DNA of 64,000 nt from Alphaproteobacteria bacterium (GCA_965200785.1 CBDAVA010000003.1:2470205-2534204); one strand, 5' to 3'. Shown: positions 36,461 to 46,844, numbered from the stretch's first letter. Translations and numbers: made by a program. The notes: generated by a model from the sequence alone, not told the origin.

Positions 36461-39401
36461 GAAGGCGTGTTCCTTCCGCGTCGTAGAATACCGGCGGCAC
36501 GACCTCCGCCGCCGTGGAAAAGTCGATGACCGGAGAGGCGATATGGACGGTCTGTCCGATACGCGCGCGCCCGTTCTCCACCAGCGCCAGAGCGATCGCG
36601 CGGCCGAGCGTCGGGCTGTAGCAGAAGGAGGTGACATGCCCGAGCGGCGGCGCCGGGCGCATTCCCTCGCTCTCCATCACCTGCCCGCCGGGTGAGATGC
36701 GGGCCTGCGTGTCGATGACCGACAGGCCGACCAATTGCTGCCGCCCGCTCCGGCAGAGCGCCGGAAGGTTGAGCGACCGCTTGCCGATACCCCGCTTGTC
36801 CGCCCCGACCATGCGCCCGAGGCCCAGATCGTCCGGCGTTGTGCGTCCGTCGGCCTCGGCGTGGGTGACATGCCCCTTCTCGATGCGCATGACGCCCATG
36901 GCCTCGGTGCCGTAGGGGACCAGGCCGTGGTCCCGGCCCGCCGTGAGCAACCGCGTCCAGAGCGCAAGCCCGACATCCGCAGGCACAGCGATCTCATAGG
37001 AAAGCTCGCCGGAAAAGCTCATTCGGAAAACGCGCGCCGGCAGACCGGCTACCAGCGCCCCGCGCACCGCCATCATCGGGAACGCGGCGTCCGACAAGTC
37101 CAGCTCCGGCGCAACCCCGGCAAGCAGCGCCCGCGAACCGGGGCCGGCCAGCGCCGCCGAGAACCAGTGCTCGGTAACATCGGTCGCATAGACCTGCAGC
37201 TCTGGCCAGACGGTCTGGAGCAGGTGGTCGATATGCTCCGCCACGGCGGTCTGATGCGCGGTTGTTGTCGTCAGATAAAAGTGGTTTTCGCCGAGGCGCA
37301 TGGCGACGCCGTCATCGAAGACGCGCCCGTCCTCGCGCAGCATCAGCCCGTAGCGTCCGCGCCCGGTCTTCAGGCTGGACATGCGGTTAGCGTAGATGAG
37401 TTCGAGGAACGCGGCGGCGTCCGGCCCCTGCAGGTCGATCTTGCCCAGAGTGCCGACATCCACAATGCCGACGCCGGCGCGGGTTTCGCTCACTTCCGCC
37501 GCGATAACATCGGCCTCTTCCATACCCTCGCGCGGATAATAGCGCGGCCGGCGCCAGAGGCCGGCGGCGGTAAAGTCGGCTCCAGCGGCTTCATGCCAGT
37601 CGTCGGCGGCGGTGCGGCGCAGCGCATCGCGCCCCTCGCCGATCAAGCCGGCGGCCATGGCGGCCATGGATACCGGGGTATAGGGCGGGCGGAACGTCGT
37701 CGTGCCGGTCTCGGCAACCGGGCGGTCCAGCGCCCCGGACAGCAGCACAAGCCCCGCCATGCCGGAGGTCTTGCCCTGGTCCGTGCCCATGCCGAGCGTC
37801 GTATAGCGCTTCACATGCTCGACGGATCTGTATCCCTCGCGCGCGGCGAGTTCCACATCGGCCGCCGTCACATCATATTGCAGATCGACAAACCGTTTGC
37901 CGGCGCCCGGTTGCCAGAAGAGCGGCGCCTCCCCGGCCTCCCGGTCGGGCGAGCGCGGCGGCGGTCCGGCGGCGCGCTCATATCCGGAGGCGGCGGCGGC
38001 CTCAATGCCTCCGGACCAGCCCTCCGCCAGACAGCCGTCCAGGTCGAAACGCCCGGCCGCCGCGCCAACACTGCGGTTCGCACCGCCGGCGCGGTCGGGC
38101 AGGACCAGGCCGCGCTCTTCGTCATAGCGCATACTGCCGCGCGCCTGGGCATGGAGATGGACAGCCGGACTCCAGCCTCCCGACACGGCGACGAGATCAC
38201 AGGAGATAGGCTCGCCGCCGTCTCCGGCCGCGCTGTCCGCCCGGCGCAGTCGGACGCCGCGCACCCGGCGTTGGCCGACGACCCGCTCGACAGTCTGACC
38301 CGCGCGGCAGGGCAGGTCCTGCGCTTCCCGGCCGGGGCGGGTGTCTGCAACACCGGCTATGGCGGCGCCGGCGCCCCGCAGCAGCCGCGCCACGGCATAG
38401 ATGCTGTCATTATTGCCGGCCACGACGGCGCGCCGCCCGGCGAGGACGCCATAGGCATGGGCATAGCCGCCCGCCGCCGAAGCAGACATGACTCCCGGCC
38501 GGTCGTTCCCGGCAAACAACAGCGGGCGCTCATGCGCGCCTGCGGCGATGACGACTTCCCGCGCCCGCACAAACCACAGCCGCGTCTCCGGCGCGCCGGG
38601 CCCGGCATCCTCGCCGGCCCGTTCCGCGACCAGAAGCAGGTTATGGTCGTAATAGCCGGTGACGGTGGCGCGCGGCAGCAGGCGGACGCGGGGCATCGCC
38701 TCCAGTTCGCCGATTGCGGCATCGATCCAGGCGAGTCCGCCGCCGTCGTCGATCTCGCCCGGCGCGCGCACCAGATTGCCGCCGAAGCGCATATTCTCAT
38801 CGGCAAGCACCACGCGGGCGCCGGCGCGCCCGGCCGCCAGCGCCGCCGCGACACCCGCCGGCCCGCCGCCGGCCACCAGCACATCCGCATGGATGCGCCG
38901 CTTGGCATACACGGCATCGTCGGGTGCGGCGGGCGCCGGCCCGAACCCCGCCATGCGGCGAAGCACCGGCTCGTAAAGCATATGCCACCAGCGCGCCGGC
39001 CACATGAAGGTCTTGTAGTAGAAGCCCGCCGGCAGGATGTCTCCGGCAAGCCCGGCAGCGGCGGCGATGTCCCAGGCGACCGAGGGCCAGGCATTCTGCC
39101 CGAACGCCCTGAGACCCTCGCTGAGCGGTATCTCGGTGGCTTTCAGGTTCGGGCGGGCTTCCTCCCGGACGCCTGTCGTCACCATCGCGTTGGGCTCTTC
39201 CGAGCCGAAGCCCCAAACGCCGCGCGGGCGGTGATATTTGAAACTCCGCGCGGTGATGCGAACGCCGGCCGCCAACAAGCCGGAAGCCAGGCTGTCGCCC
39301 CGGAACCCTTCATGGCGATGGCCGTCGAACTCGAAGCGCAGCGGCTGCGCGCGGTCAATCAAATGCCCGCCCTCAGCGGTGCGGAAGGGTTGGCGTTTCA
39401 T
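36453..39401 (-). CDS. soxA: sarcosine oxidase subunit alpha
   Basis: 982 aa. N-terminal FAD/NAD Rossmann region. C-terminal GcvT-like folate-binding domain. MKRQPFRTAEGGHLIDRAQPLRFEFDG. Confidence 0.95.
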   Translation of the reverse strand: MKRQPFRTAEGGHLIDRAQPLRFEFDGHRHEGFRGDSLASGLLAAGVRITARSFKYHRPRGVWGFGSEEPNAMVTTGVREEARPNLKATEIPLSEGLRAFGQNAWPSVAWDIAAAAGLAGDILPAGFYYKTFMWPARWWHMLYEPVLRRMAGFGPAPAAPDDAVYAKRRIHADVLVAGGGPAGVAAALAAGRAGARVVLADENMRFGGNLVRAPGEIDDGGGLAWIDAAIGELEAMPRVRLLPRATVTGYYDHNLLLVAERAGEDAGPGAPETRLWFVRAREVVIAAGAHERPLLFAGNDRPGVMSASAAGGYAHAYGVLAGRRAVVAGNNDSIYAVARLLRGAGAAIAGVADTRPGREAQDLPCRAGQTVERVVGQRRVRGVRLRRADSAAGDGGEPISCDLVAVSGGWSPAVHLHAQARGSMRYDEERGLVLPDRAGGANRSVGAAAGRFDLDGCLAEGWSGGIEAAAASGYERAAGPPPRSPDREAGEAPLFWQPGAGKRFVDLQYDVTAADVELAAREGYRSVEHVKRYTTLGMGTDQGKTSGMAGLVLLSGALDRPVAETGTTTFRPPYTPVSMAAMAAGLIGEGRDALRRTAADDWHEAAGADFTAAGLWRRPRYYPREGMEEADVIAAEVSETRAGVGIVDVGTLGKIDLQGPDAAAFLELIYANRMSSLKTGRGRYGLMLREDGRVFDDGVAMRLGENHFYLTTTTAHQTAVAEHIDHLLQTVWPELQVYATDVTEHWFSAALAGPGSRALLAGVAPELDLSDAAFPMMAVRGALVAGLPARVFRMSFSGELSYEIAVPADVGLALWTRLLTAGRDHGLVPYGTEAMGVMRIEKGHVTHAEADGRTTPDDLGLGRMVGADKRGIGKRSLNLPALCRSGRQQLVGLSVIDTQARISPGGQVMESEGMRPAPPLGHVTSFCYSPTLGRAIALALVENGRARIGQTVHIASPVIDFSTAAEVVPPVFYDAEGTRLRG

Positions 39402-39658
39402 GGCCGGCTCAGCCGCACATTGCGGATCTCATGGCTGCTGGTATCGCGCTCGACTGTCAGCCAGCGCCGGCAACCGTCGCGATGAAACCAGAGCTCACGA
39501 TGCGGCCCCTTCGGGTTGTCGCGGAAATACAGATAGTCGGTCCAGACGGCATCATCCGTGTCTGCAGGATCGGCCGGCCGCATGACTGCCGCATCGCCGC
39601 CGTAAACGAATTCGGTTTCGTCTCGAGAACCGCAGAACGGGCACGGGATCAGAAGCAT
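39398..39658 (-). CDS. soxD: sarcosine oxidase subunit delta
   Basis: MLLIPCPFCGSRDETEFVYGGDA... SoxD zinc-ribbon. GAGGGAGG RBS. Confidence 0.85.
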   Translation of the reverse strand: MLLIPCPFCGSRDETEFVYGGDAAVMRPADPADTDDAVWTDYLYFRDNPKGPHRELWFHRDGCRRWLTVERDTSSHEIRNVRLSRP

Positions 39659-39671
39659 GCGCCGGCCTCCC

Positions 39672-40928
39672 TCAATGCGCCGCCGGCACCGGCCCGGCGC
39701 CGCGCTCGTCGAGCATGGCCCCGGTGCGGAAGCGCTCGAGCGAGAACGGTGCGTTGAGCGAGTGGGGCGCATCATTGGCAAGCGTCCATGCAAGGCACCA
39801 GCCAGAGGCGGGGGTCGCCTTGAAGCCGCCGTAACACCATCCCCCCGTCATGGCGAGGCCCTCGACGGGCAGTCTGCCGATGATCGGGCTTCCGTCCATG
39901 CTCATATCCATCACGCCTGCCCAGTGGCGGAGCTGGCGCAGGCGCGAAATGCGGGGGAAATATTCGCAGGCCGCCGCCAGGATGTCCTCCAGACGCGCCG
40001 GGCTGCCGCGCTGCGACCAGGAGTTGTAGCCGTCCAGATCGCCGCCGATCAGCACTTCGCCCTTGTCCGTCTGGCTGACATAGACATGCGAGGCGGCGAC
40101 TGAGACGACCGTGTCGATAAAGGGTTTGACCGGCTCCGATACCGTCGCCGAGAGCAGATGCGTCTCGATAGGCAGGCGAATGCCGGCCATCTCCGCCAGG
40201 CGCGAGGAATGCCCGGCGACGGCAAGGCCGATCCGTCCGGCTCCGATGCGGCCCCGGCTGGTCTGCACTCCCGCAACCCTGCCGGCCCGGATGTCGATGC
40301 CGGTCACCTCGCAATCCTGGATGATATCGACGCCCAGCGCGTCGGCGGCGCGCGCATAGCCCCAGGCGACGGCATCGTGGCGAGCCACGCCGCCGCGCGG
40401 CTGAATGACGCCGCCCACGATGGGATGGCGGATTCCGGGCGACAGGTTGAGCGCCGGGACGATCCGGGCAAGGTCGGCCCGGCCCAGCAATTCGGCGTCG
40501 ATGCCGGCGAACCGCATCCCGTTATGCCGGCGGACCCAATAGTCGCGCTGGGCGTCGGTGTGAAAGACATTGATGACGCCGCGCGGGGAGAACATCACAT
40601 TGTAGTTCAGGTCGCCGCTGAGCCCTTCCCAGAGTTTCAGCGAGTGCTCGTAGAAGCGCTGGTTCTCCGGCAGCAGATAGTTTGACCGCACGATGGTGGT
40701 GTTGCGCCCGGTATTGCCGCCGCCGATCCAGCCGCGTTCCAGCACGGCGACATTCGAGACGCCGTGATTGCGGGCGAGGTAGTAGGCGGCGGCGAGGCCG
40801 TGGCCGCCGCCGCCGACGATGACGACATCGTAGGAGGATTTCGGCTCCGGCGCCCGCCAGGCCGGCTGCCAGTTCCGATGCCCGGCAAACGCGCCCCGCA
40901 CCAGCGAGAAGATCGAATAACGCTGCAT
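39672..40928 (-). CDS. soxB: sarcosine oxidase subunit beta
   Basis: YDVVIVGGGGHGLAAAY FAD motif. Covalent-flavin His context. 418 aa. Confidence 0.95.
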   Translation of the reverse strand: MQRYSIFSLVRGAFAGHRNWQPAWRAPEPKSSYDVVIVGGGGHGLAAAYYLARNHGVSNVAVLERGWIGGGNTGRNTTIVRSNYLLPENQRFYEHSLKLWEGLSGDLNYNVMFSPRGVINVFHTDAQRDYWVRRHNGMRFAGIDAELLGRADLARIVPALNLSPGIRHPIVGGVIQPRGGVARHDAVAWGYARAADALGVDIIQDCEVTGIDIRAGRVAGVQTSRGRIGAGRIGLAVAGHSSRLAEMAGIRLPIETHLLSATVSEPVKPFIDTVVSVAASHVYVSQTDKGEVLIGGDLDGYNSWSQRGSPARLEDILAAACEYFPRISRLRQLRHWAGVMDMSMDGSPIIGRLPVEGLAMTGGWCYGGFKATPASGWCLAWTLANDAPHSLNAPFSLERFRTGAMLDERGAGPVPAAH

Positions 40929-40977
40929 CCCGGCTATTCTAGGCGGTCGGCCGGGGCTTGCGAAGACACCGGCCCCA

Positions 40978-41303
40978 CGGGTCGCGCCTCAGTTTGACAT
41001 TCGCGTTTCTCTGGCAGGTTCGGCCAGGGGCTTGAGAGGCCCTGCCCGCCGCCCCGAACGCCCCGGCGGCGCCCCGAACCCCCACTTGTCGCGCCGGACG
41101 CCCCTACTGTCGCCCCGGCCCTGAGCCGGGGCCCAGCCTCCGATCCTTCCGCAGGGCCGAATCGGCGGAGGATGGACCCCGGCTCTCCGCTGCGCTCCGG
41201 CCGGGGTGACGACAAGGGAGGCGATAGAAGCGGCGCGGCACGGAGGCGCCTTCCGAAAAACCCGCCGGCACGGGCCTTCATTGCAAACTGAGACACGACC
41301 GCC
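40978..41303. repeat. MITE-like mosaic repeat, copy D (same orientation as copy C)
   Basis: GTCGCGCCTCAGTTTGACATTCGCG ... CCTTCATTGCAAACTGAGACACGAC. Confidence 0.8.
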
Positions 41304-41426
41304 CCACGCTGCCGGCAGGGTCTTCGGAACGGCGTTCCGCCCTGCCCTGCCGGTTGACCGCGCGGAACCGACCCGCCACATTCGCGCCTCCTGAACGGCC
41401 GCGGGAACGGAGGCTGAGACCGCCCG

Positions 41427-42203
41427 ATGATCTATGAACACATTCTTGTCGAGACCCGGGGGGCGGTGGGTGTCGTCACCCTGAACCGCCCGAAGGCGCT
41501 GAATGCGCTCTGCGCCAAGCTGATCTCGGAGCTTGCGGAGGCGCTCGACGCTTTCGAGGCTGACAACGCCGTCGGCTGCGTGGTGATAACCGGCTCCGAG
41601 AGGGCGTTCGCCGCCGGGGCGGACATCAAGGAGATGCAGCCCAAGACCTATATGGACGTCTATCTCGAAGACTTCATCACCGTCGGCTGGGAGCGGGTCA
41701 CAAGCTGCCGCAAGCCGGTCATCGCCGCGGTTGCCGGCTATGCGCTCGGCGGAGGCTGCGAGATGGCCATGATGTGCGACTTCATCATCGCCGCCGATAC
41801 GGCCCGGTTCGGCCAGCCCGAGATCAATCTCGGCGCCCTGCCCGGCGGCGGCGGCACGCAGCGCCTCGCGCGCTTCATCGGCAAGTCGAAGACCATGGAT
41901 ATGTGCCTCACCGGCCGGATGATGAACGCCGAAGAGGCCGAGCGGTCCGGTCTGGTAAGCCGGGTGGTGCCTGCCGACAAGCTGCTCGAGACGGCGGTGG
42001 AGGTCGCAGCCTCGATCGCGGCGAAGTCGCGCCCTGCGGTGATGATTACCAAGGAGTGCGTGAACCGCGCCTATGAAATGCCGCTGGCCGAGGGTGTGCG
42101 CTTTGAACGCCGCATGTTCCACTCAACCTTTGCGACGGAAGACCAGAAGGAAGGGATGGCCGCGTTCATCGAAAAGCGCGAACCCGCCTTCAAGGGGCGC
42201 TGA
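41427..42203 (+). CDS. enoyl-CoA hydratase (crotonase, short-chain type)
   Basis: 258 aa. [15 protein letters not shown] and the two catalytic Glu contexts. Confidence 0.9.
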   Translation: MIYEHILVETRGAVGVVTLNRPKALNALCAKLISELAEALDAFEADNAVGCVVITGSERAFAAGADIKEMQPKTYMDVYLEDFITVGWERVTSCRKPVIAAVAGYALGGGCEMAMMCDFIIAADTARFGQPEINLGALPGGGGTQRLARFIGKSKTMDMCLTGRMMNAEEAERSGLVSRVVPADKLLETAVEVAASIAAKSRPAVMITKECVNRAYEMPLAEGVRFERRMFHSTFATEDQKEGMAAFIEKREPAFKGR

Positions 42204-42329
42204 ATATCAGCCGGAGCGGGCTCCGACTGCACCGCTGGAAGTCAGACCTGCCGGCAATGTTCTTGATTGCGGGCGGGGGCGCCGGCACTATGGCCGCTGG
42301 GTGGCCGGGTGCCGCCAGGGAGAGCCGGG

Positions 42330-42602
42330 ATGACCCCGGAGATGATCGCCATACTGGCCGTTGGCGTCGCGCTGGCCGGGCTCATCCTGCAAGGACAGCG
42401 CGGGCTTGGTGCCCGTATGGACCGGTTCGATGCCCGTATGGACCGGATGGACGCCCGTATGGATCGGTTGGAGGCCCGCATGGAGCGGTTCGAAGCGAAA
42501 TTGCGGGAAATCCGCGACCGTCTGAGCCGGCTTGAGGGCAAGATGGACTTCCTGGAAGGCTATATCGTCCGCCGCAACGAGTTCGGCGCGCCGGCTGAAT
42601 AG
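42330..42602 (+). CDS. small N-terminal-TM coiled-coil protein, copy 1 (90 aa; 4 ARMDRxx heptads)
   Basis: MTPEMIAILAVGVALAGLILQGQRGLG + ARMDRFD ARMDRMD ARMDRLE ARMERFE + AKLREIRDRLSRLEGKMDFLEGYIVRRNEFGAPAE. GGGAG RBS. Confidence 0.75.
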   Translation: MTPEMIAILAVGVALAGLILQGQRGLGARMDRFDARMDRMDARMDRLEARMERFEAKLREIRDRLSRLEGKMDFLEGYIVRRNEFGAPAE

Positions 42603-42707
42603 CAGACCCCGCCGGAAGCGCGGACCTGCCGGCGAGGCCCTTGATTGCAGGCGGAGGAGTCAGCACTATGGCCGCCAGGTGGCCGGATGCTGCCAGGGAG
42701 AGTCGTG

Positions 42708-42917
42708 ATGACCCCGGAGATGATCGCCATACTGGCCGTTGGCGTCGCGCTGGCCGGGCTCATCCTGCAAGGACAGCGCGGGCTTGGCGCCCGTATGGAG
42801 CGGTTCGAAATGGAATTGCGGGAAATCCGCGACCGTCTGAGCCGGCTTGAGGGCAAGATGGACTTCCTGGAAGGCTATATCGTCCGCCGCAACGAGTTCG
42901 GCGCGCCAGCCGAATAG
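42708..42917 (+). CDS. small N-terminal-TM coiled-coil protein, copy 2 (69 aa; 1 heptad)
   Basis: Identical N- and C-terminal portions. Only ARMERFE before the LREIR segment. Confidence 0.75.
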   Translation: MTPEMIAILAVGVALAGLILQGQRGLGARMERFEMELREIRDRLSRLEGKMDFLEGYIVRRNEFGAPAE

Positions 42918-43022
42918 CAGACCCCGCCGGGAGCGCGGACCTGCCGGCGAGGCGCTTGATTGCAGGCGGGGGAGCCAGCACTATGGCCGCTAGGTGGCCG
43001 GGTGCCGCCAGGGAGGGCCGGG

Positions 43023-43253
43023 ATGACCCCAGAGATGATCGCCATACTGGCCGTTGGCGTCACGCTGGCCGGGCTGATCCTGCAAGGACAGCGCGGGCTT
43101 GGAGCCCGTATCGACCGGCTGGAAGCCCGCATGGAGCGGTTCGAAGCGAAATTGCGGGAAATTCGCGACCGTCTGAGCCGGCTTGAGGGCAAGATGGACT
43201 TCCTGGAAGGCTATATCGTCCGCCGCAACGAGTTCGGCGCGCCGGCCGAATAG
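43023..43253 (+). CDS. small N-terminal-TM coiled-coil protein, copy 3 (76 aa; 2 heptads)
   Basis: ARIDRLE ARMERFE then the conserved tail. Confidence 0.75.
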   Translation: MTPEMIAILAVGVTLAGLILQGQRGLGARIDRLEARMERFEAKLREIRDRLSRLEGKMDFLEGYIVRRNEFGAPAE

Positions 43254-43358
43254 CAGACCCCGCCGGAAGCGCGGACCTGCCGGCGAGGCCCTTGATTGCG
43301 GGCGGGGGAGTCAGCACTATGACCGCCAGGCGGCCGGGTGCCGCCAGGGAGGGCCGTG

Positions 43359-43610
43359 ATGACCCCGGAGATGATCGCCATACTGGCCGTTGGCGTCGCG
43401 CTGGCCGGGCTCATCCTGCAAGGACAGCGCGGGCTTGGCGCCCGTATCGACCGGCTGGAGGCCCGTATGGACCGGCTGGACGCCCGCATGGACCGGTTCG
43501 AGGCGGAATTGCGGGAAATCCGCGACCGTCTGAGCCGGCTTGAGGGCAAGATGGACTTCCTGGAAGGTTATATCGTCCGCCGCAACGAGTTCGGCGCGCC
43601 GGCCGAATAG
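43359..43610 (+). CDS. small N-terminal-TM coiled-coil protein, copy 4 (83 aa; 3 heptads)
   Basis: ARIDRLE ARMDRLD ARMDRFE then the conserved tail. Confidence 0.75.
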   Translation: MTPEMIAILAVGVALAGLILQGQRGLGARIDRLEARMDRLDARMDRFEAELREIRDRLSRLEGKMDFLEGYIVRRNEFGAPAE

Positions 43611-43653
43611 CAGACCCCGCCGGGAGCGCGGACCGGCGGCGCCCCGGCGTCAG

Positions 43654-44463
43654 TCACATGAAGCGCTGCGCGGCATGGTCGAGGCGGAGAAATTCCGCCC
43701 CGAGGCGGCGCAGGCCCTGGACAAGCCGCTCCAGAAACAGCATCCGATGCCCCCGGCCGATGACCAGCGGATGGAAGGTGTAGGTCATCAGACCGCCCTC
43801 CTGCTGCTGCACCATGTAGCGGAAGTCGTCCAGCCAGTTCTCCAGCACGGCGCCCGTGCCGCGCAAACCGGGCAGCCCCGGCGGCATGTATTCGAAATGC
43901 GGCCAGTCGTCCGCACTCCACGAAACCGGCATTTCGAGCAGTTCGGTTTCTTCCCCGAAGGTCGCGGCCGCATCGGCGGGCATGATATCGCCCCGGCGCA
44001 CCCGGTAGGGCTGTGTGTCATGCCCCATCATGGAGCTGTCATAGACGAAGCCGCGCTCCAGCAAGAGGTCCACCGTATTCTCCGAGAGGTCCCAGGAAGG
44101 CGAGCGGTAGCCGCGCGGGCGCAGGCCGGTCAGGCTTTCAATGGCAGCGATGCCCCGGTCCAGCTCTTCCGCCTCCTCCTCCCGTGCGAGCCTGGCCGGC
44201 GGAATGTGGCGCCAGCCGTGATGGCCGATCTCATGGCCCGCTTCATGGATGCGCCGGCAATGATCCGGCCAGGTGCCGATAGTGATTCCCGGAATGTAGA
44301 AGGACGCGGGAATGCCGTAGCGCTCGAGCAGCCGAAGGATACGCTCCACCCCCACGGCCCCGAACTCGCCGCGCGACAGCATGGTGGGCGAGGTCTGGCC
44401 GCGTGCAATGAAGCCGGACATCCCGTCGAAATCGAAGGTCAAGGCTGCGAGATACGCCGTCAT
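43654..44463 (-). CDS. polysaccharide deacetylase family protein (NodB fold)
   Basis: MTAYLAALTFDFDG... His-His metal motif (HEIGHHGWRH). ATGA overlap with the upstream SDR gene. Confidence 0.85.
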   Translation of the reverse strand: MTAYLAALTFDFDGMSGFIARGQTSPTMLSRGEFGAVGVERILRLLERYGIPASFYIPGITIGTWPDHCRRIHEAGHEIGHHGWRHIPPARLAREEEAEELDRGIAAIESLTGLRPRGYRSPSWDLSENTVDLLLERGFVYDSSMMGHDTQPYRVRRGDIMPADAAATFGEETELLEMPVSWSADDWPHFEYMPPGLPGLRGTGAVLENWLDDFRYMVQQQEGGLMTYTFHPLVIGRGHRMLFLERLVQGLRRLGAEFLRLDHAAQRFM

Positions 44464-45284
44464 CCGCTCATCTCCCCGGACCACGGCCGGCCGCGCACCG
44501 ACGCGGCGAGCCCGCCGTCCACAACCAGTTCCGTCCCGGTAATGTAAGCCGCTTCGTCGGATGCAAGAAACAGCACGGCATAGGCGACATCCCATGCCGT
44601 GCCCGCCCGGCCCGCCGGCACGATACTTGCGCGTTCCTGCAGCACGCTCTCGAAGGCGTCGCCATGCACCTCCTTCAACCGCCTGGTTATGCGCGGCGTC
44701 GCCATCAACCCCGGCAGCACCGCATTGCACCGTATGCCCTTCGGCGCGTATTGGCCGGCAATGTTGCGGGTCAGTTCGTTGACTGCGTCCTTCGAGGCCG
44801 AATAGGCGACCGAGGGATAAGCGAAACGCAGGCTCGCCAGCGAGGAGTTGTTGACGATCGAACCGCGGCCCTGCGCCACCATGGCCGGCAGGACGTATTT
44901 GCAGGTGAGAAACATCGACTTGACATTGACCGTCATCAGCCGGTCCCACTCCGTCTCGTCGAGTTCCACCGGGCCGCCCAGCGCCTGGAGGCCGACATTG
45001 TTGAAGAGAATGTCGATCTGCCCCCAGGCATCAAGGCAGGCGGCCACCGCGGCCTCGACTTCCGCCGCCGCGGATATGTCGGCCTGCCAGGCCAGCGCCT
45101 CGCCGCCTTCGGCGTGAATCTCCGCCGCGGTTTCCTCGGCGGCGGCGGCATTGCGGTCCACGCAGAACACGCGCGCGCCCTCGCGCGCCATCAGCACCGC
45201 GCTTGCCTTGCCGTTCGACCAGCCCTCGGCTATCGACCCGGCGCCGGCGACCAGCGCCGCCTTGCCTGCAAGACGCCCGTCCAT
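44460..45284 (-). CDS. SDR-family oxidoreductase
   Basis: GAGSIAEG / NNVG / YSASK motifs. Confidence 0.85.
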   Translation of the reverse strand: MDGRLAGKAALVAGAGSIAEGWSNGKASAVLMAREGARVFCVDRNAAAAEETAAEIHAEGGEALAWQADISAAAEVEAAVAACLDAWGQIDILFNNVGLQALGGPVELDETEWDRLMTVNVKSMFLTCKYVLPAMVAQGRGSIVNNSSLASLRFAYPSVAYSASKDAVNELTRNIAGQYAPKGIRCNAVLPGLMATPRITRRLKEVHGDAFESVLQERASIVPAGRAGTAWDVAYAVLFLASDEAAYITGTELVVDGGLAASVRGRPWSGEMSG

Positions 45285-45345
45285 GTTTCGCCCTCCCGAA
45301 CCCGCGCCGCCAGTATGGCACGGGAGCCGCGGCCAGGCTCGGCGG

Positions 45346-45657
45346 TCAGCGCGAGTTTTCGGCCACCCGGGCCCGGCGGCGGCACAGCAGAAACAGCACC
45401 AGCGCCAGACTGCCGGGGACGACCCAGGCCGGCCAGAGCAACAGCCGCACGATCGCGGGGTCCCAGAGCCAGGGATGCAGGTAGCGCTGCACGACAGCCT
45501 GGACCAGATTGAGGCTTTCGCGGTCGAGCGCGAACCAGAGCTGCCCCAATGCCTGCGGCCGCCAGCCGCCCCCCGCCGCTGCGTCCCAAATGTCGCCGCC
45601 CAGCGCTATCATCGCGCCGCAGGCGAAAAACAGGGCTACGAGACGACAGACAAGCAA
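45346..45657 (-). CDS. hypothetical small Trp-rich membrane protein (103 aa)
   Basis: Two hydrophobic segments. Plausible composition. Upstream and opposite to pntAA. Confidence 0.4.
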   Translation of the reverse strand: MLVCRLVALFFACGAMIALGGDIWDAAAGGGWRPQALGQLWFALDRESLNLVQAVVQRYLHPWLWDPAIVRLLLWPAWVVPGSLALVLFLLCRRRARVAENSR

Positions 45658-45746
45658 GGCACCCCTCCTCTCCGGAGTCTAGCGGCAACCGGGCCGCTTG
45701 CCAAATCCGTTGTGCAATGCAACAACCCCGCGTTCGGAGAGAGACC

Positions 45747-46844
45747 ATGCTTGCTGGGATACCGAAGGAAAACGCGCCGCGCGAGCGCCGCGTCGCCGCG
45801 ACGCCGGACAGCGTGAAGCGGCTTCTCGGACTGGGCTTCGAGGTCCGCATCGAGCCGGGCGCCGGAATAGCCGCCGGTTATACCGACGCTGCCTATATCG
45901 AGGCTGGCGCGCAGGTGGATCCGGGGGCGCTGGACGCCGCCAATCTGGTGCTCGCAGTGCAGATGCCGGCAATCGACCGGATACGGCGCGGCGCGCTGCT
46001 GGCCGGCCTGCTGGCCCCCTCCGGCGAGGACGGCCGCTCCGCCGCGCTCGCCGCCGCCGGCGTCGAGGCGTTTGCGATGGAGCGGATGCCGCGCATCACC
46101 CGCGCACAAACGATGGACGCGCTCTCCAGCCAGTCCAACTTGGCCGGATATGCGGCGGTTATCCGTGCTGCGGACCTATTCGGCCGCGCCTTCCCGATGA
46201 TGGTGACCGCCGCAGGCACGATCGCGCCCGCCAGGGTGCTGGTGCTGGGCGCCGGCGTGGCCGGCCTGCAGGCGATTGCCACGGCCAGACGGCTGGGCGC
46301 CGTCGTCTCGGCAATGGATGTGCGCCCGGCGGCGCGCGAGCAGGTGGAAAGCCTCGGCGCCTCCTTCATCGAAATCGACCACAAGCAACCGAGCCTGGCC
46401 GAGGATGAAGGCGGCTACGCCCGGGAGATGGGCGAGGACTACAAGCGCGAGCAGGCCAACAAGCTGGCCGAGACGCTGGCGCGGACCAATATCGTGGTGA
46501 CGACCGCGCAAATTCCGGGCCGGCCCGCGCCGCGCCTGCTGTCGGCCGACATGGTGCGCGTCATGCAGCCCGGTTCGGTCATCATCGACATTGCGGTCGC
46601 CCAGGGCGGCAATTGCGAACTCAGCCGGCCGGACCGGATCGTGGAGGAGAAGGGCGTGCTCGTTGTCGGCGACAGCGACCTGCCGTCCAGCGTGGCCCAG
46701 GATGCAAGCGCCCTCTATGCGCGCAATCTCGTCAATTTCACCGAAGTGCTGGTGGACAAGGAGCGGGGGATGCTCGCCCCCGATTACGAAGACCCGATCG
46801 TCTCGGCGACGGCGCTCACCCCGAAGGACGCCTCTGATGGCTGA
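45747..46844 (+). CDS. pntAA: NAD(P) transhydrogenase subunit alpha part 1
   Basis: [17 protein letters not shown]... Alanine-dehydrogenase/PNT N- and NAD-binding domains ([13 protein letters not shown]). Confidence 0.95.
   Translation: MLAGIPKENAPRERRVAATPDSVKRLLGLGFEVRIEPGAGIAAGYTDAAYIEAGAQVDPGALDAANLVLAVQMPAIDRIRRGALLAGLLAPSGEDGRSAALAAAGVEAFAMERMPRITRAQTMDALSSQSNLAGYAAVIRAADLFGRAFPMMVTAAGTIAPARVLVLGAGVAGLQAIATARRLGAVVSAMDVRPAAREQVESLGASFIEIDHKQPSLAEDEGGYAREMGEDYKREQANKLAETLARTNIVVTTAQIPGRPAPRLLSADMVRVMQPGSVIIDIAVAQGGNCELSRPDRIVEEKGVLVVGDSDLPSSVAQDASALYARNLVNFTEVLVDKERGMLAPDYEDPIVSATALTPKDASDG

Larger units (their letters stand above)
42204..43620 (+). repeat. tandem array of four ~315-380-bp units, each carrying a promoter-like element plus one small gene; units differ by whole 21-bp intragenic repeats
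   Basis: Each unit: CTTGATTGC(A/G)GGCGG...GCACTATGGCCGC(C/T)(A/G)GGTGGCC...GGGAG...ATGACCCCGGAGATGATCGCC...(GCCCGTATGGACCGGNTNGAN)n...GAATAG. Confidence 0.9.

Noticed and set aside
42204-43620. Regularly spaced repeats considered as a CRISPR array
   Set aside because: The repeats are 21-bp tandem units without unique spacers and lie inside conserved ORFs with RBS and promoters. The higher-order ~335-bp units are whole gene copies.
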